From NCBI GenBank assembly GCA_973895155.1, contig OZ316892.1:17350357-17414356 (forward strand): DNA of 64,000 bases, written 5' to 3'. Made by a program: the position numbers and the translations under genes. A model generated the notes under the pieces. The model was not told the DNA's origin. It made no database searches and saw nothing but the letters and a program-made list of their open reading frames with translations. The DNA comes from Marsupella aquatica. Taxonomy: Eukaryota; Plantae; Marchantiophyta. Position 1 is the stretch's first letter. Every line of letters begins with the position of its first letter. Shown here piece after piece: positions 46,082 through 58,814 of this stretch.

Positions 46082-47709
46082 CTTGTCCAATCGACTCCTG
46101 AATTTAACGTGCGGCTGCAATTAAAGGCACTGGATCTGTGGCAATTGATCGGCTTCTCCCAAAGGTAATCCGCTGGCAAGATAGCACAGGATTCAGATTC
46201 AGTAAAAATTGCAACGAGAGACAGATTCTCTGTTCTGTAGCCTTCCAGCTATAGACCTAGGTGACAGGTACAGGGGCAAAAAGGAAGTGGGATGGTTGTG
46301 CAGATTCAGAATCCCAACAACGAGTTTGAACGTTTAGTCCTTCTGAGTAAATGGTCCAAAAAAAGCCTCCCCTAAGGTCCTTGAAATGTTCCTAAAACAA
46401 AGCTTCCTCGTGGGTCCTTTCTTTGGAACATTCTTAACACCTTCTTAGTACCTCCTTTGTTTTATTTGACAGGTTTTTCGTACTCTGTAACTGATTGATG
46501 TGATTTTCTGGAAAGAGGGCTGAACTGACGAGCTGTTCAAGTTGAATGGCTCCGATTGCATGCAGGACATAGAAAGCACGAGGCAAGCAGGCATTGACAT
46601 GAGAATTGGGCATTAATCTGAAACAAATTGGATTGTCTAATTCAGTGCAAAGAATTCAGTCACCAGCGTTGGAAGAACGTGAAAGGGCCTATTGTAGAGG
46701 AAACATTTTTTCATCCATCATTTCCAGCGACTAACAAGAGCAATCAAGAGGGGGATCGAGTACAAGAAATCAATCCAGCAAGATATCCAGCCCATACCCA
46801 GTCAATTGCCCAGGTCGGATTGAAGAGAGAAGACGCTCCAAGATGTCATCCGAAGCACGAGGCTATCACCTACAAGCTTCGAGATCTGTATTGCAGAATA
46901 GTAATTCAGCCCAACTAAATGAGATTGTGGAAAGGACTTTACTTTCTCTCAGGGAATAGAATTTGAGTCTCATTAACAATCTACTCCAGCACCTTGGGGT
47001 ACAAATGATTAACCTCATTATTTGGTTTAAATTAAAATAATCCAGTATGTCCCTTAGATACCATGATAAGCCTAATTATTTTGTTTAAATCAAAATTATG
47101 GAGAATGTCACTCATACCCTGATAAACCTAATTTGAAACACTGAGTTTTCTTTATAAGTACTAGCCTGACTACCTGTTAATAGAATTAAATTGAAAACAA
47201 AAACTTTAAAAAAAATAAATAAATCTATACTCTTTCCCGTTATCTTTGCATACCATTTTTTTGTGCACCTTTTACATTTACCTTATTCAGAGTCATCTGG
47301 TAACAAAAACAATCCATATACATATTCTGCTTATTAATAGAGGCTAAATGACATGAATCTGTGGGTAGAGGGAGCCCTTCCTAAGCATACCCACCTGTAT
47401 TTGTATTTTGGCAGATAAGGTGCGCTCTAGGCAAACATTGTTCCTCTACTTGTTCATGTACTGCTTTAGGTCGAACTAGATCTAGGTTCACATTAGAACT
47501 CTCAGATTGAAAATGCAAGGATATTCTTAACTGAGGATTTTCAATTACCTGGCTTTACCTGAGCTTGACACATAGACCTCACATAAAAATGGCAGAAAGG
47601 TGCACTCATTTGGCCTGGTTCCTCGCGCAGCCATAGATTAGGCCCGAATGAATTAGGGGTTGCTCCCACGAAATTATTCAGAGTGGCCTCCTTTTGTTCG
47701 AGCTGCTTT

Positions 47710-47962
47710 GATTTGGAGGACGATCAATTTTCTAAAATTTACGCTTTGTTCGATCTGCTTTAATTTGGACTGGGAGGACAATTTTTTTCTTCTAAAATTT
47801 ACGCTTTGTTCGATCTGCTCTAACTTGGATTTGGAGGACGATTTCGTCTCTAAAATTTACACTTTGTTCGATCTGCTCCAATTCGGATTTGGAGGCCGAT
47901 TTTTGTATCTGAAATTCCCGCTTAGTTCGATATGCTCTAATGTGGATTTGGAGGACGATTTT
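47710..47962. repeat. Tandem repeat, ~59-bp unit x~4.3
   Basis: GATTTGGAGGACGAT...TCTAAAATTTAC[G/A]CTTTGTTCGATCTGCT repeated. Confidence 0.85.
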
Positions 47963-49380
47963 GTTTGTAAAAAACTCGCCTGGCATGTGGGAAGTCGGAT
48001 TCTGCCTCGAGATTTTAGCCACTGACCATCCTGGGATGTAAGGAAGGACCTCTGTTAGCCTCTTTCACATTACAAGCCCCATGTCTTTAGAGAATTAATC
48101 ATGAAGGAGGTCAATTTCAATAGAATGGTCTCTCAATCAATTTCCCAGACTACCTGCCAACTGTAATTTGATGAGAGGGTGATTCTCCCCCAGAACAAGC
48201 TCGGAGACCAGTTCGAGAAATGAATTCAGAAGAGTCTCACGTCATGGTTACTGTAAGTTATGCCCCTCTAGTCATCAGAGGCAGTCTTCGGCCTTTCGAA
48301 TTGGATTTACTAACTCGAATGCAATCACCCCGATAATAGGTGGACTTTTACAATTGAGACATGAACCCAAAATCCCAAGACTAAACAAGTTCACGGAACA
48401 TGTGCATTACGTTTATCAACTACTGTAGAAGAGAAGATACCGCCCACGAAGGTTACCGTAGGCTTCATGTCGTCTGGAGAGAGAGCAAGTGTTTTTCCAC
48501 CACAGAAAGACTGATTCTGGACAATAACTTGAAATCTCAATGCTAAGGAGTCTTAACGCAGCGACTAAAACCACAATTACAACTTCTAAGTTACAATCCG
48601 ATTCTTCAGGAAGGAGTAGCCAGCTACGTCCGCCCCAGACAGATTGGGTAGAGGCAGTAGTCTGTATGAGATCCAGCTCTGAACGTCTTTCCCCCAAAAA
48701 TCAGGACCATCAACCCAGGCACAAAAAACGGAATTACGAAATGAGAATCACCAAACCGCCAATGCAAAAATCATGGTGAGGCCTTGTTCTACTCCGACTG
48801 GCCCTCTTTGATTTCAGGTTACTGTAACAGATAGAAACTTCGTAGTAACAATTCAATTTTCATCAACGTCTTGCTGAAAATGACCTTGCACAAGAGGCAT
48901 GGTTGTCCTTAAAAGTTATTCCACAACACCTCTCCAGCTTCAATTTCGGAAACGGAGAGACGAAATTTCTATCTGCAATTTCTAATTGCCAGACTTCACC
49001 TGGGTGGATCCAGAGAATGCTAACTAAAAAAGCAAGAGTCTTCCATCCCACAATAGGTGAGGTAATGTGGATCCAGACAATGCTAACTAAAAAATGGCAG
49101 CCAGACTTGGCATCAAAGTGCACAGTTTGAAGATGTGCAAAGATCGTAATGATGTGACATTCTGTCCACCTGTTCTATCAATAAAACAATGGCACAATTT
49201 CCACACTAGTAGTCGAAACTTTGGCCCTAAGCGAAGGAAGACATTTCAGTTAATGGCAGGAATTCCTCGCAACGATGTTGCTGCAAGAAGTTCAAACGTA
49301 TTTGAAGAAAGTCGACAGGTAATTTGGGACGGAAATAGTAAGAATTCGGAACCTAAGCACGTCTCTGGCGCACCGGATGA

Positions 49381-50424
49381 TTACACCTGAATTGCCTCCC
49401 GAGAAGCTGTCCCGGCCCCAAAATGCTTCCGACTCAAAGAATTTACATCCTGAACTCCAATACCGCTATACATCTGGGGAACATCATCACCGTCCTGGTG
49501 GAGACGAACGTTAACGGCTAATTTACATTTCTTCATACACTTGTTGCAACCAGAGGCATTCACTCCGTTAGCTTGAAATGCTGACAAAACTTCCTCCGCA
49601 CCGGCCTTCTTACACTTGCCGCCCAGACAGACCTCCAGACGGGCAGTTTCAGCGGATGGTGAGCGAGCAAAGGTGGCACCAGCAATCGAGGTTTGATGGA
49701 CATGTGCACTGCTGCTCACACCTGTATGATGACTACCCACGCCGGACGAAATCCTCACTGCCATCAGACCAGCAGAAGAAACGACCTCTGCCTGCTGAGC
49801 ACATGAATTTCCCACAGGACTTGCAAGCTGTTGGGCTGACTGAGGCTGCTCAATCACAAAGCTGGACGAGATTGTTGGGATGGAGTTCATTAGCGGTGAC
49901 TGTGAAATGCAAGCCCAGTCTCTATGCAGCTTCTCCATATCGGCTCTTTTGTTTCGAGCTCCCGCCTTGGTGGTCTCATCTGTCTCTGATTCCGAAGACG
50001 ACGAACTGGACGACGACGATGACAGTCCCGCACGGACCCTTTCAGCCTTCTCCAGCTTCTTCTCCATCTTCTTCTCAATCTTTCTGGCTTTGTTAACCGC
50101 CTTGATACGAACTCGTTCCTCAATCACAGCCTCGTCGAGACCGGCGATTGCCTTCGGCACGACTGAGTTTGTGAGCCTGTCCTTCCTCACGCGGTGCTGG
50201 ACATTGAGGTAATATTGAACGTGGCTTTGATCTTGCAAGGCAGCCGACGAGAACGGAGACCGACGCACCATTCGGACACTACCTCGCCGGCTGCTGAGAT
50301 AATAATTGGTTCCGGGTGACACCAAAGTCCGGCTTCCTGATGCAGAAGGGGTCAAGGATTCTCGATGGGAACAGGAGCATCCGGCTATCCCGCCTCTGTT
50401 CGCCGCTCCAGCAATCGCCTCCAT
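49381..50424 (-). CDS. DGAT3: DGAT3-like protein (soluble diacylglycerol acyltransferase 3 family, C-terminal thioredoxin-like 2Fe-2S domain), intronless, 347 aa
   Basis: LEVCLGGKCKKAG...KCMKKCKLAVNVR matches the DGAT3 motif EVCMGGKCKKSG...KCMGKC..GPNVR. Lys-rich stretch followed by poly-Ser SSSSSESE; transit-peptide-like N-terminus from the ATG at 50424. Confidence 0.82.
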   Translation of the reverse strand: MEAIAGAANRGGIAGCSCSHRESLTPSASGSRTLVSPGTNYYLSSRRGSVRMVRRSPFSSAALQDQSHVQYYLNVQHRVRKDRLTNSVVPKAIAGLDEAVIEERVRIKAVNKARKIEKKMEKKLEKAERVRAGLSSSSSSSSSSESETDETTKAGARNKRADMEKLHRDWACISQSPLMNSIPTISSSFVIEQPQSAQQLASPVGNSCAQQAEVVSSAGLMAVRISSGVGSHHTGVSSSAHVHQTSIAGATFARSPSAETARLEVCLGGKCKKAGAEEVLSAFQANGVNASGCNKCMKKCKLAVNVRLHQDGDDVPQMYSGIGVQDVNSLSRKHFGAGTASREAIQV

Positions 50425-51555
50425 GGCTCTCACCCCGCCCGTCTCCAAAACACAGAACCCTTGATGTAAATCGAACTTACAATTCAATCCTTCACACGCT
50501 CTACACTGCACTGCAACAATTCTAGGCCGAGTTCAAAACCTTCGAATCCTTTCCCGACAGAGGACACAACTCTATTTGTCTCCCGCACAATCAGAAATTT
50601 CGTTCAATCTCCACACAGCCCTATCTCCCTCTGAAGACAAGAAGCGCTACGACGCCAAATTCACGAGCGTCTCGATCCCGAAAAGGTCAAAGCAAACCTA
50701 CGCAAACAGCTTCCAATTAACCAGCGTGTCGGTCCTAACAAGGTCAAATCACAGGCTCCCGAAACCACTTCCAATCCACCAGCGTATCAGTTCCTAACTC
50801 ATCAACTCGATTCACCAGCGTCTCGGTCGTGAAAAGGGCCAATCAAGCTCCCGAAAAATCTTCCAAAAGTCAAATCGGTGCTCCAGGAAAAAACGGTCCG
50901 CCCTAGCAACAACGATCGGTTCGAAAGCCAAAAGTTCAACTCTCACCACATATAGAGGCTCCGGGAACGACTTCCAAATTCACCAGCACCCCGCTGGTGA
51001 GAACGTCAAATCGAAGCTCCAGAAAAAAACGGTCCACCCTACCAAGGATGTTCGGTTCGAGAATCACAAACCCAACTCTCAACACTAAGGTCCAATCAAA
51101 GCTCCCGCAACGCGTCTCGATTCTGATAACGTCGTATCAAACCTCCAGACAAAACAATCCGCCCTCGCAAGAATCTTGGCTTTTGCGAGTCCACCCACAA
51201 CTCTCACGACATGCGTCTCGATTCTGAAAACGTCAAATTAAGCCTCCAGATGAAACAATCCGCCCTCGCAACAACCTCCGCTTGGCGAGTCCACCCTAAC
51301 TCTCACGACATCAGCAGTTATCAAAACATCAAGTTGGCCCTGTTCATTTCCAGACTCAAAAGCTCCAACTCTCACCACATAGATCCAATCAAGGCTCTCG
51401 CAACCCGTCTCGATTCTGAAAACGTCAAATCAAACCTCCAGACGACACCATCCGCCCCCTCGCAAGATTCGTCGTCACGACATCTGCAGGCTATCAAAAC
51501 ATCGAGTAGACTCTGTCCACGCCACGCCACACCACACCACACCACACCAAGACTA

Positions 51556-51810
51556 GATGACGCGGTGAGAGGATTCGAAGAACTCGGACGAACACTCGAA
51601 GACTTTCAGGCCGCAGAGAGAATCGCAGACCAGACCCAGAAGTTCCTCGAAAAACGGATTCGACTCTTCCAGAGTTCCAGATGACGCGGTGAGAGGATTC
51701 GAAGAACTCGGACGAAGACTCGAAGACTTTCAGGCCACAGAGAGAATCGCTGACCAGACCGAAGAAGTTCCTCAAAAAACGGATTCGATTCTTCCAGAGA
51801 CAGAGTTCCA
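51556..51810. repeat. Tandem duplication, ~124-bp unit x2, upstream of DGAT3
   Basis: GATGACGCGGTGAGAGGATTCGAAGAACTCGGACGAA...TTCCAGAG occurs twice. Confidence 0.85.
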
Positions 51811-52742
51811 GAGAAAGAGCTCTAGGGGCGAGGTGGCGAACGAGGCAGAGGTGTGGGCACAGGCACGAGCAGGCATGCGGTCTCGATGCGGTCTCCGGCG
51901 CACTGCACACGCCTGGATCATATCTCGCCGTCGATTGAATTGGAGGACACGTATTTTCCGCCGTGGCAGCGCACGTGGAATTCATAAACTCGCCATGTCC
52001 ATATGTCATAAAAGGAGAATGATGCTAAGAAATTAAATATATAGTTAGCCCTGATTGATTTTTGACGAGGATAACCATAGGATTCTGGACAGGAGGAATG
52101 CTATGAATATTTTCATTATCTGATTTCCACATGTTCATTTTGACCCTCGTAACTCCCTAGATTTCATGATGACCATTGGATTCTGGTTCATGGGGTCTGT
52201 GTTTAGGTGGCATGAAAGACAGAAACTCTAGGGGAGCCTTGCCAAAGACTTTCCAGGGAATTGGAATTTAGCAAGATTTTGCCACTAAAAAATGTTGTGA
52301 TTTTCATTAGCGTGTGCATCGGGGTACTTGCTAGAGGAGTACTTAGGCAAAGGTACTGGGCTTGGTGAATGCGCTGGGTGATTAGGTAAACCACTATGCT
52401 TCAGACAGGCACGCTGTCTACATGTGCTCACAGGCCCACAAGAGAGTTCATATGCAATCATTCCCTACCCCCTTACAGGCAAATGTGACCCTGCGCGGAT
52501 AAATTCTTGTTGTTCCTTGTGAGAGAATTCAGATATTAGTGATATGGTCAATATATATTGATATAGCTACAGAAGTTTTAATAAGATATTTGCTATTTGC
52601 CAGCGTTAATGAAACTATAAAAGGTCAGTTCTGTGAGACAGTGTGGAGACACTTTCTGGTGATTAATTTGTGAAGATGGTGTAGTGGTCTCAATATAGGC
52701 AAGGATTGTTTCTTAGAATACAGTGATTTGGTAGGAAATCAG

Positions 52743-52905
52743 ACCTGATAACACACAACAATGTGTTTTGTTGTATGAGATTAGAAAATGAATAGTCAGA
52801 GTGATGAATTGCAAAGTGACAATAATCAAACCTGATAACACACTGTGTTTGTTGTGTGAGATTTGAAAATGAATAGTCAGAGTGATGGACTGCAAAGTGA
52901 CAATG
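52743..52905. repeat. Tandem duplication, ~87-bp unit x2
   Basis: ACCTGATAACACAC...GAAAATGAATAGTCAGAGTGATG...GCAAAGTGACAAT occurs twice. Confidence 0.8.
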
Positions 52906-53404
52906 ACGTCCTGGCCAGCACAGCTGAATGATCCACAATAGTGCTCCCTTTTGCAAAACATTTGGTAAATGGATCTAAGCGATTTGAACTCATTTGTGGT
53001 CGGACAATAGAACACTTGGAACTTTTTATTTATAAGTAGCCAGGGTCATATATATGAGTTCAACTGGATGATCCTTGCTCAAAATGATCAGAGCTCTAAA
53101 GTGAAAGCTAACTAAGAAAGCTTTCTTATAGAACAATGTAGTCACCATAAATATATATCCACCATCTGATGGTCAGAGGGGGGCCACCACTTTATTTGAC
53201 CCCCAATTTGTACTTGTTTAGTAGGAAAAAAACTTACTTTTCCAAAAGAGCTTTTCTCACCAAAGTTGGGGTCACTGACCAATAAAAGCACTTAACCTCC
53301 CAGTCCCTATTTGTTTCCTTTCACATGTGAATTCAGTAAGAAACAATTGACCCGGCCCTGCAAGCAACTTGACATGAGTCTAATGTGTGCCAATTAGCTT
53401 CATA

Positions 53405-56400
53405 TCATGGTACACACAAGGAAATGGTGGAGTGTCCATGGATCAATGGGCTTGGTGTGAATCCTAGTTGGACTAGACTGAGACCAACAGGCTGGAATAT
53501 GCAACCATCCATTATAGAAGCCCCTCCGCTAATGCCACCTGGGGTTGTGTACTCCCACAAAATTTCCCCTGTCAGTGCATCTAGTGCAACTATTTGGCCT
53601 AATGGCGTGGCAGTACCAATATTGCCCGTTGATCCACCAAAGATGACACCGTTGGCATAAGCAACCTGCGCAGGTTGCATGCATAGTAATCATGTAACAA
53701 TTTAGCAGATTGGGGATCAGATATGAAGCTAGGCTGTAAAGCAAAATATTTTTTGTTCTTTCTTTGGCTTTTTTCATCATCAAATTTCAATCTTTTCTAA
53801 AACATATTGCAGGCTACCCTTTTTCCTGGAGTTATTGTAGAACCTAAGCATTGGACAATAGTAGAACTTGCAAACACAGGCTGATAATTAACTATTAATG
53901 TTAGATAATCAAAATCTGGAATAATGCTCTTGACAAGTGGGCAATTTTTCTGTAATTGACAGTTTGTTGTTTACTTTCTATGATTTTTAACATAAACATG
54001 GATGTGGTGAGATGATTTGATTCCCCTGTAGTTGACAGTAGGGTAAATAATGACTAGCTTAGGGAATCTGACTACTAATTATCATGAAAAGCATTACAAC
54101 TATGGATGGGGCGTAACCATTGGAGGGCCTACGAGGAGCCTTTGCAGGTCGGGCAAAATGGATGTAGCAGCCAACAATCAGCGTAACATATGTATTTGGG
54201 AGAATGAACCTTGGAAGCATGGGTAGTAAGGACTCTTACTTCATGATTGTCCAGCTAAACACAAGCCACCAAATATTTTTGACACCACTAGGGAGTCTCA
54301 ACTCTCTGGATTTTGGCTCCAGTTATGGTCACACGCAATTCCTGGAAGTAAAGTGGCAGGCTCGCAAAAGCTTGTCTTACCACTTGTGACCAACGTCCAT
54401 AACTTGCACTTGTGGGCTGTAGATCTTTCTCTAGCACTTCATATTTAAGACGCCCTACTGGTGCATAATTTCTCAATCTCAAGAGACTTACCGGCGGTTG
54501 AGTACCAAATGGAGCTGGGTTGGCTGTGGACCAGATAACTTTTCCTGTGGTGGCATTCATGGCCACCCAACCTCCCCAAGTGATAACTGTGGACGAAGGC
54601 ACTAAGGTGAAGTTGCTTCTGTTGCTGTTGATGATGCTTGTAAACACCCTCTCGCCATCTGTAGTCATGCCCCACGATGCTCCTCCCCCTAGACCTCCTG
54701 GCCCTGCAGGCTGCATATATGTTTGCATTTCCCACCATACCAGTCTTCCATTTGTTAGACGGGTTAATAGAGAATTCACACACCCTGGCCTGTCAACCTT
54801 GAATTCAGTCAACCTTTCACCACACAAGTTAATTAAGAGTGTTTGAACATTGAGAACTTCCAATCTGGCCAACCTTTGTGACTATTCATTAGTTGAGTCA
54901 TTAATTCAAATAAATTTTCACCTAACTGGATCTAAGAGATGACTATTGGCTGCTTGAATTTCATAGTCCAAATACCTCCCTTCATATTAAACTAGCGCAT
55001 CACCTGTGCCATTGGTATTGGCGTCTCTATGTGTCATCCAAAATATAATGTAGCTACCCATCCTTCATTTCTATGACAGATCTCATCCATTCAAGCTAGA
55101 TAAAAGCCTTCCCAAAAAAATGAACAAATTGAGCTGTTTTGTATGTAAACTTGCAAAAGCTTCCATCACTTATTTTAAGATCATATTTTGACTGTATAGT
55201 TCGAGGACAGGATTCAGAGTAATATCAACTTATTGAAAACCATGATCGGTGTCTTGACACAGATATGACTACGTTATGACTTATGTTTGTCTTGCCATAG
55301 TCAATCTGACCACTCTCATGAGTCATTTCGAAACTAAAAGCTAACTTGTCATACATGTAGACAAAGAATATCCAATTTACAAGAGAAAAGCCTCCAATTC
55401 ACAAACTGAATTTCAATCAGGAATTAAAAGGAAGTGGAAGAAACTCCACCTCGTTCGATTTAAGAACATTGAGCAGAACTTAATATTTCCCTATCTGATC
55501 TCTTACCGTTTGCCATATAATAGCTCCAGTTTGTCGATCAAGAGCATGAACAACGCCACTCTTTTGACCAACAACAACAATGTCTCTCGACTGCCGGAAG
55601 TATGGCCACCCTCTTGGAATCGTGAGGAGTAAAGGAGCTTCTCCGAAATCGTAATCAGGTCCTATGGTGCTGGGGCAATTGGGCAACGGGACTGGAGAAA
55701 ATCCGCAAAGGAACGTCCACACGTCATATCCACCCAGATGCGTAGCCCAAGCGATTACGCCAGTGTCAATGTTGATCGCAAGAATGGATTCCGAGTTGTC
55801 GCCTGGATTGATGCAGGGGTCGGGATGGACCACAGTGGATGAATTCAGGAGAGCATTTTGGCAGGCCTCCACTGCTGGAGGGACGCTGTAAGTGTTCCCT
55901 GTGCCGATGAAGACTAACCTCCTCCCGACGTCAATCGATGGACTGCTCCCCCAGACGGCGGCTCCAGCATACAGCCCAATCACTGCCTTGTTGGAGGGAA
56001 GCATCGACGTACTCCACAAGATCCTGCCCGTACGAGCATCGAGCTTGAAGAACGCACCTTGAAATGTGCAGCAGGTTTGTGTTGGGGCAAACTCTTCCTG
56101 GGAGCTCGTGCCAATGTAGAACGCCCTTCAAAATGCAGCAATAATTATACAACACAGATACCCCCTTCAGCCGAATGATTCACTCCAGATTCAGGGACTA
56201 CAGTAGGCTGCGCGAAGCATATCAGCACAATGATAAATCTAGAAGAGGGGATATGACTTTCGAGTATCGTCCAAAGAATTTCAGAAGATTGAACTACAAC
56301 TTTTTGAACTTACCCTTCGTAGTAAGTCCCGGATTGAGTCAAGGAACAGAACGGATGTGAGTCCAAGCTTCTCCACCACACCACAGCTCCAGTAAATCTG

Positions 56401-57714
56401 TTCAGAGCGAGCACAAAGCATGGATTGAAGATCCCAAATACTAACAGGGGTCCTGCTATCGTCGGTGTTGACCTACTGACAAGATTTGCGAGGTTGGAAG
56501 GTGCTGATGGTTGTCCCCCTAGACGCTTTAGATATGGAATAACTACGATTCCCTCGAGTAGTCCGGGAATAGTGGGCGCAATGTCCGTCAGGTTCACCTT
56601 CCAAATGGTCTGACCATTGTTCTTCTGGACCGCATACTGGCATCCGTCCCAGCTCGAGAAGTACACTGCTCCAATTATGCCGTCGATGGAGGGGGTGGAA
56701 GACACATCGTAGCTTGTGGGGGCGGTCCAACTTAACGACATGCTTCTCACCGTTGCTTTACTGATCTTCGACTCGTCCGGAGCCACGCGAAGATTGCGTA
56801 CTCCCCCTCCATGGTTCTGCCATATTCTCGGCAAATCACCCAAATCCTGCGATTTGCGTATCCATCAAGTTAGTGATTAATCATCGATCTAGCAATGCAA
56901 AGAGTAATGGAAGGTTTATCGGCTGTGAAAAAGTTCTCTATACAAACCTCTTAAAATATCGAGAAAATATATCTATAAAACTTTAAGGATCGATCGATGT
57001 GCTTTTGTTTCTTAGGTGAATTTATGACCTCAACTGCCCGCAAACGCTCTTCAATTAGCGGTCAAATGTGGTATAACGTCAGGGGCAGCAGCATGGTTTG
57101 CATTCCACGCTCGAATTAGTATTATCTTTGTACTCGTTTTGGTAATCGAGCACGCTACCTTCTAGTCAGGCTCAATCAGAAATTCAACTAGATTTACGAC
57201 AATAACACACGATCAGGCTCAAACAGGTTCAATCTGAACTATTACTGTCAAGTTCCGCTGGTCGTAAGTGTAAAAATGTGGAGCTTGCCCAAGATCGATC
57301 TTAGCCGCCGAGCAAAAGTTCTGACAATGAAGTAATACAAACCCTCGTACCAAGCAGTTTTGCAGCCTCAGGATCCGAAAAGTTCCAAAGCGGGATTGAG
57401 ACTTTGTCCCCCGTATATATCCGCGACTGTAAGGGCATTGTCAGATCTATTTACGCCAACTCTAGTTTATATAATTCGCGATGTAATGAAAGAACTTATT
57501 GATTCTCTTTCATCACGGGGACTGCGACTAAGCCTCACGCCACACTGTAATATTCTCTATTTGCAGCATGAGAACCGTTAATAATCGGAACCTTCATAGA
57601 TCTACATGAAATGACTCGTCGATCGAGACTTACATCGCAAAGTACCGGAGTCACAATGAGGGCGCTGAACAGCACGACGATCGCTCCAACTGCTAGGAGC
57701 TTTAGTGATTCCAT
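53405..57714 (-). CDS. Secreted PQQ-type beta-propeller protein, polyvinyl-alcohol-dehydrogenase-like; exons 57714-57634, 56846-56314, 56125-55507, 54710-54492, 53665-53405
   Basis: Signal peptide MESLKLLAVGAIVVLFSALIVTPVLC; WQNHGG, DVSSTP, SRSTP, GTSSQEE...CCTFQG, GAAVWGSSPSID, GPDYDFGEAP, GQKSG; repeated ALDxxTGxxxW tryptophan-docking motifs. Confidence 0.9.
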
Positions 57715-58485
57715 TACTCCAGCTCTTCACAAGAGTGCTCTACGATTACCTTCTTATCTGCACTGAATTAAGCTGGGTAAAGAACCATTTCAGCGCAGCC
57801 ATCCACCGCGTTGCAATAAATTCGGGACTAACGCTCAGATTAACGACTCCCGCCGAAGCTGCAGCATTTTACTCTTTCACAGTTTCCCACCTCAAATCGC
57901 TGGGCTGGCGAATTTCGGAGTTCCTGTAGACTGAGTGATCTTCTCGATGGAACGCATACGTTTTATACTCTGGACCGAGCTCTGGACTGACCAAAGAAAC
58001 AGCCTAACGATCGAGAATGGGTACGTCGCAGCTTTCCCATCGGGAAACTGTAAATTCAAGGTACAGTTCAAGAAGCGGTGACGGTGCCTATGCGTGCAGC
58101 GGAAAATTAAGAGTTCTAATCAACGTGGTAGTGAAGGTGTTCTCCTGAATAAATGCAGCGTGAGTATCTTGAGCTGAGAGTCTTCCATTCAGGTGAGTAT
58201 TTACAACTTTGAGTCGAACCGTAGCGGGCGGGGGATGCACGTCCCCATGTAGAAGATACACTCTGTGGAGCGGGCGAGGCGAGCTGCAGAAGTGATTCTA
58301 CGCAGCACCACAATGCCAGTCCCTTCTAGAGACTTGGCACCAAATCCAGTGCTATGTATACTCCATTTCTTGTCGATCGCATCGTGTGCTGTGTGCTTCA
58401 GGAAATTTCAGGGGCAGATTTGAATAAAATACCAACTCATCCAGTAATTTCTGTAACCAGTTCCTCCTGTTTGTAATCTCAAGAC

Positions 58486-58814
58486 AACCTCAACATTGAT
58501 GGGGTTGAAGTTATTTTGTTCGAGTCTGCAGATGACAGGTCTGTCGTTGGCTGAGGGTATTTCAATCAGGGCTTTGAGTAGTGGCGAAAATTGGTCAAAT
58601 TGCACCACCTCCTGAAGCTTTAGCTAAGTTTGGCTAAAGTTGGCCACATAACCTCAACATTGATGGGGTTGAAGTTATTTGTTCGAATCTGCAGATGACC
58701 TCAAGCCTGTCGTTGGCTGACGGTATTTCAATCAGGGCTTTGAGTAGTGGCGAAAATTGGTCAAATTGCACTTCCTCCTGAAGCTTTAGCTAAAATTGGC
58801 TAAAATTGGCCACA
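58486..58814. repeat. Tandem duplication, ~165-bp unit x2
   Basis: AACCTCAACATTGATGGGGTTGAAGTTATTT...TTGGCCACAT occurs twice. Confidence 0.85.

Noticed and set aside
51211-52036. 100-170-aa ORFs upstream of DGAT3
   Set aside because: They arise from tandem repeats in the promoter/5' region and have no domain signal.
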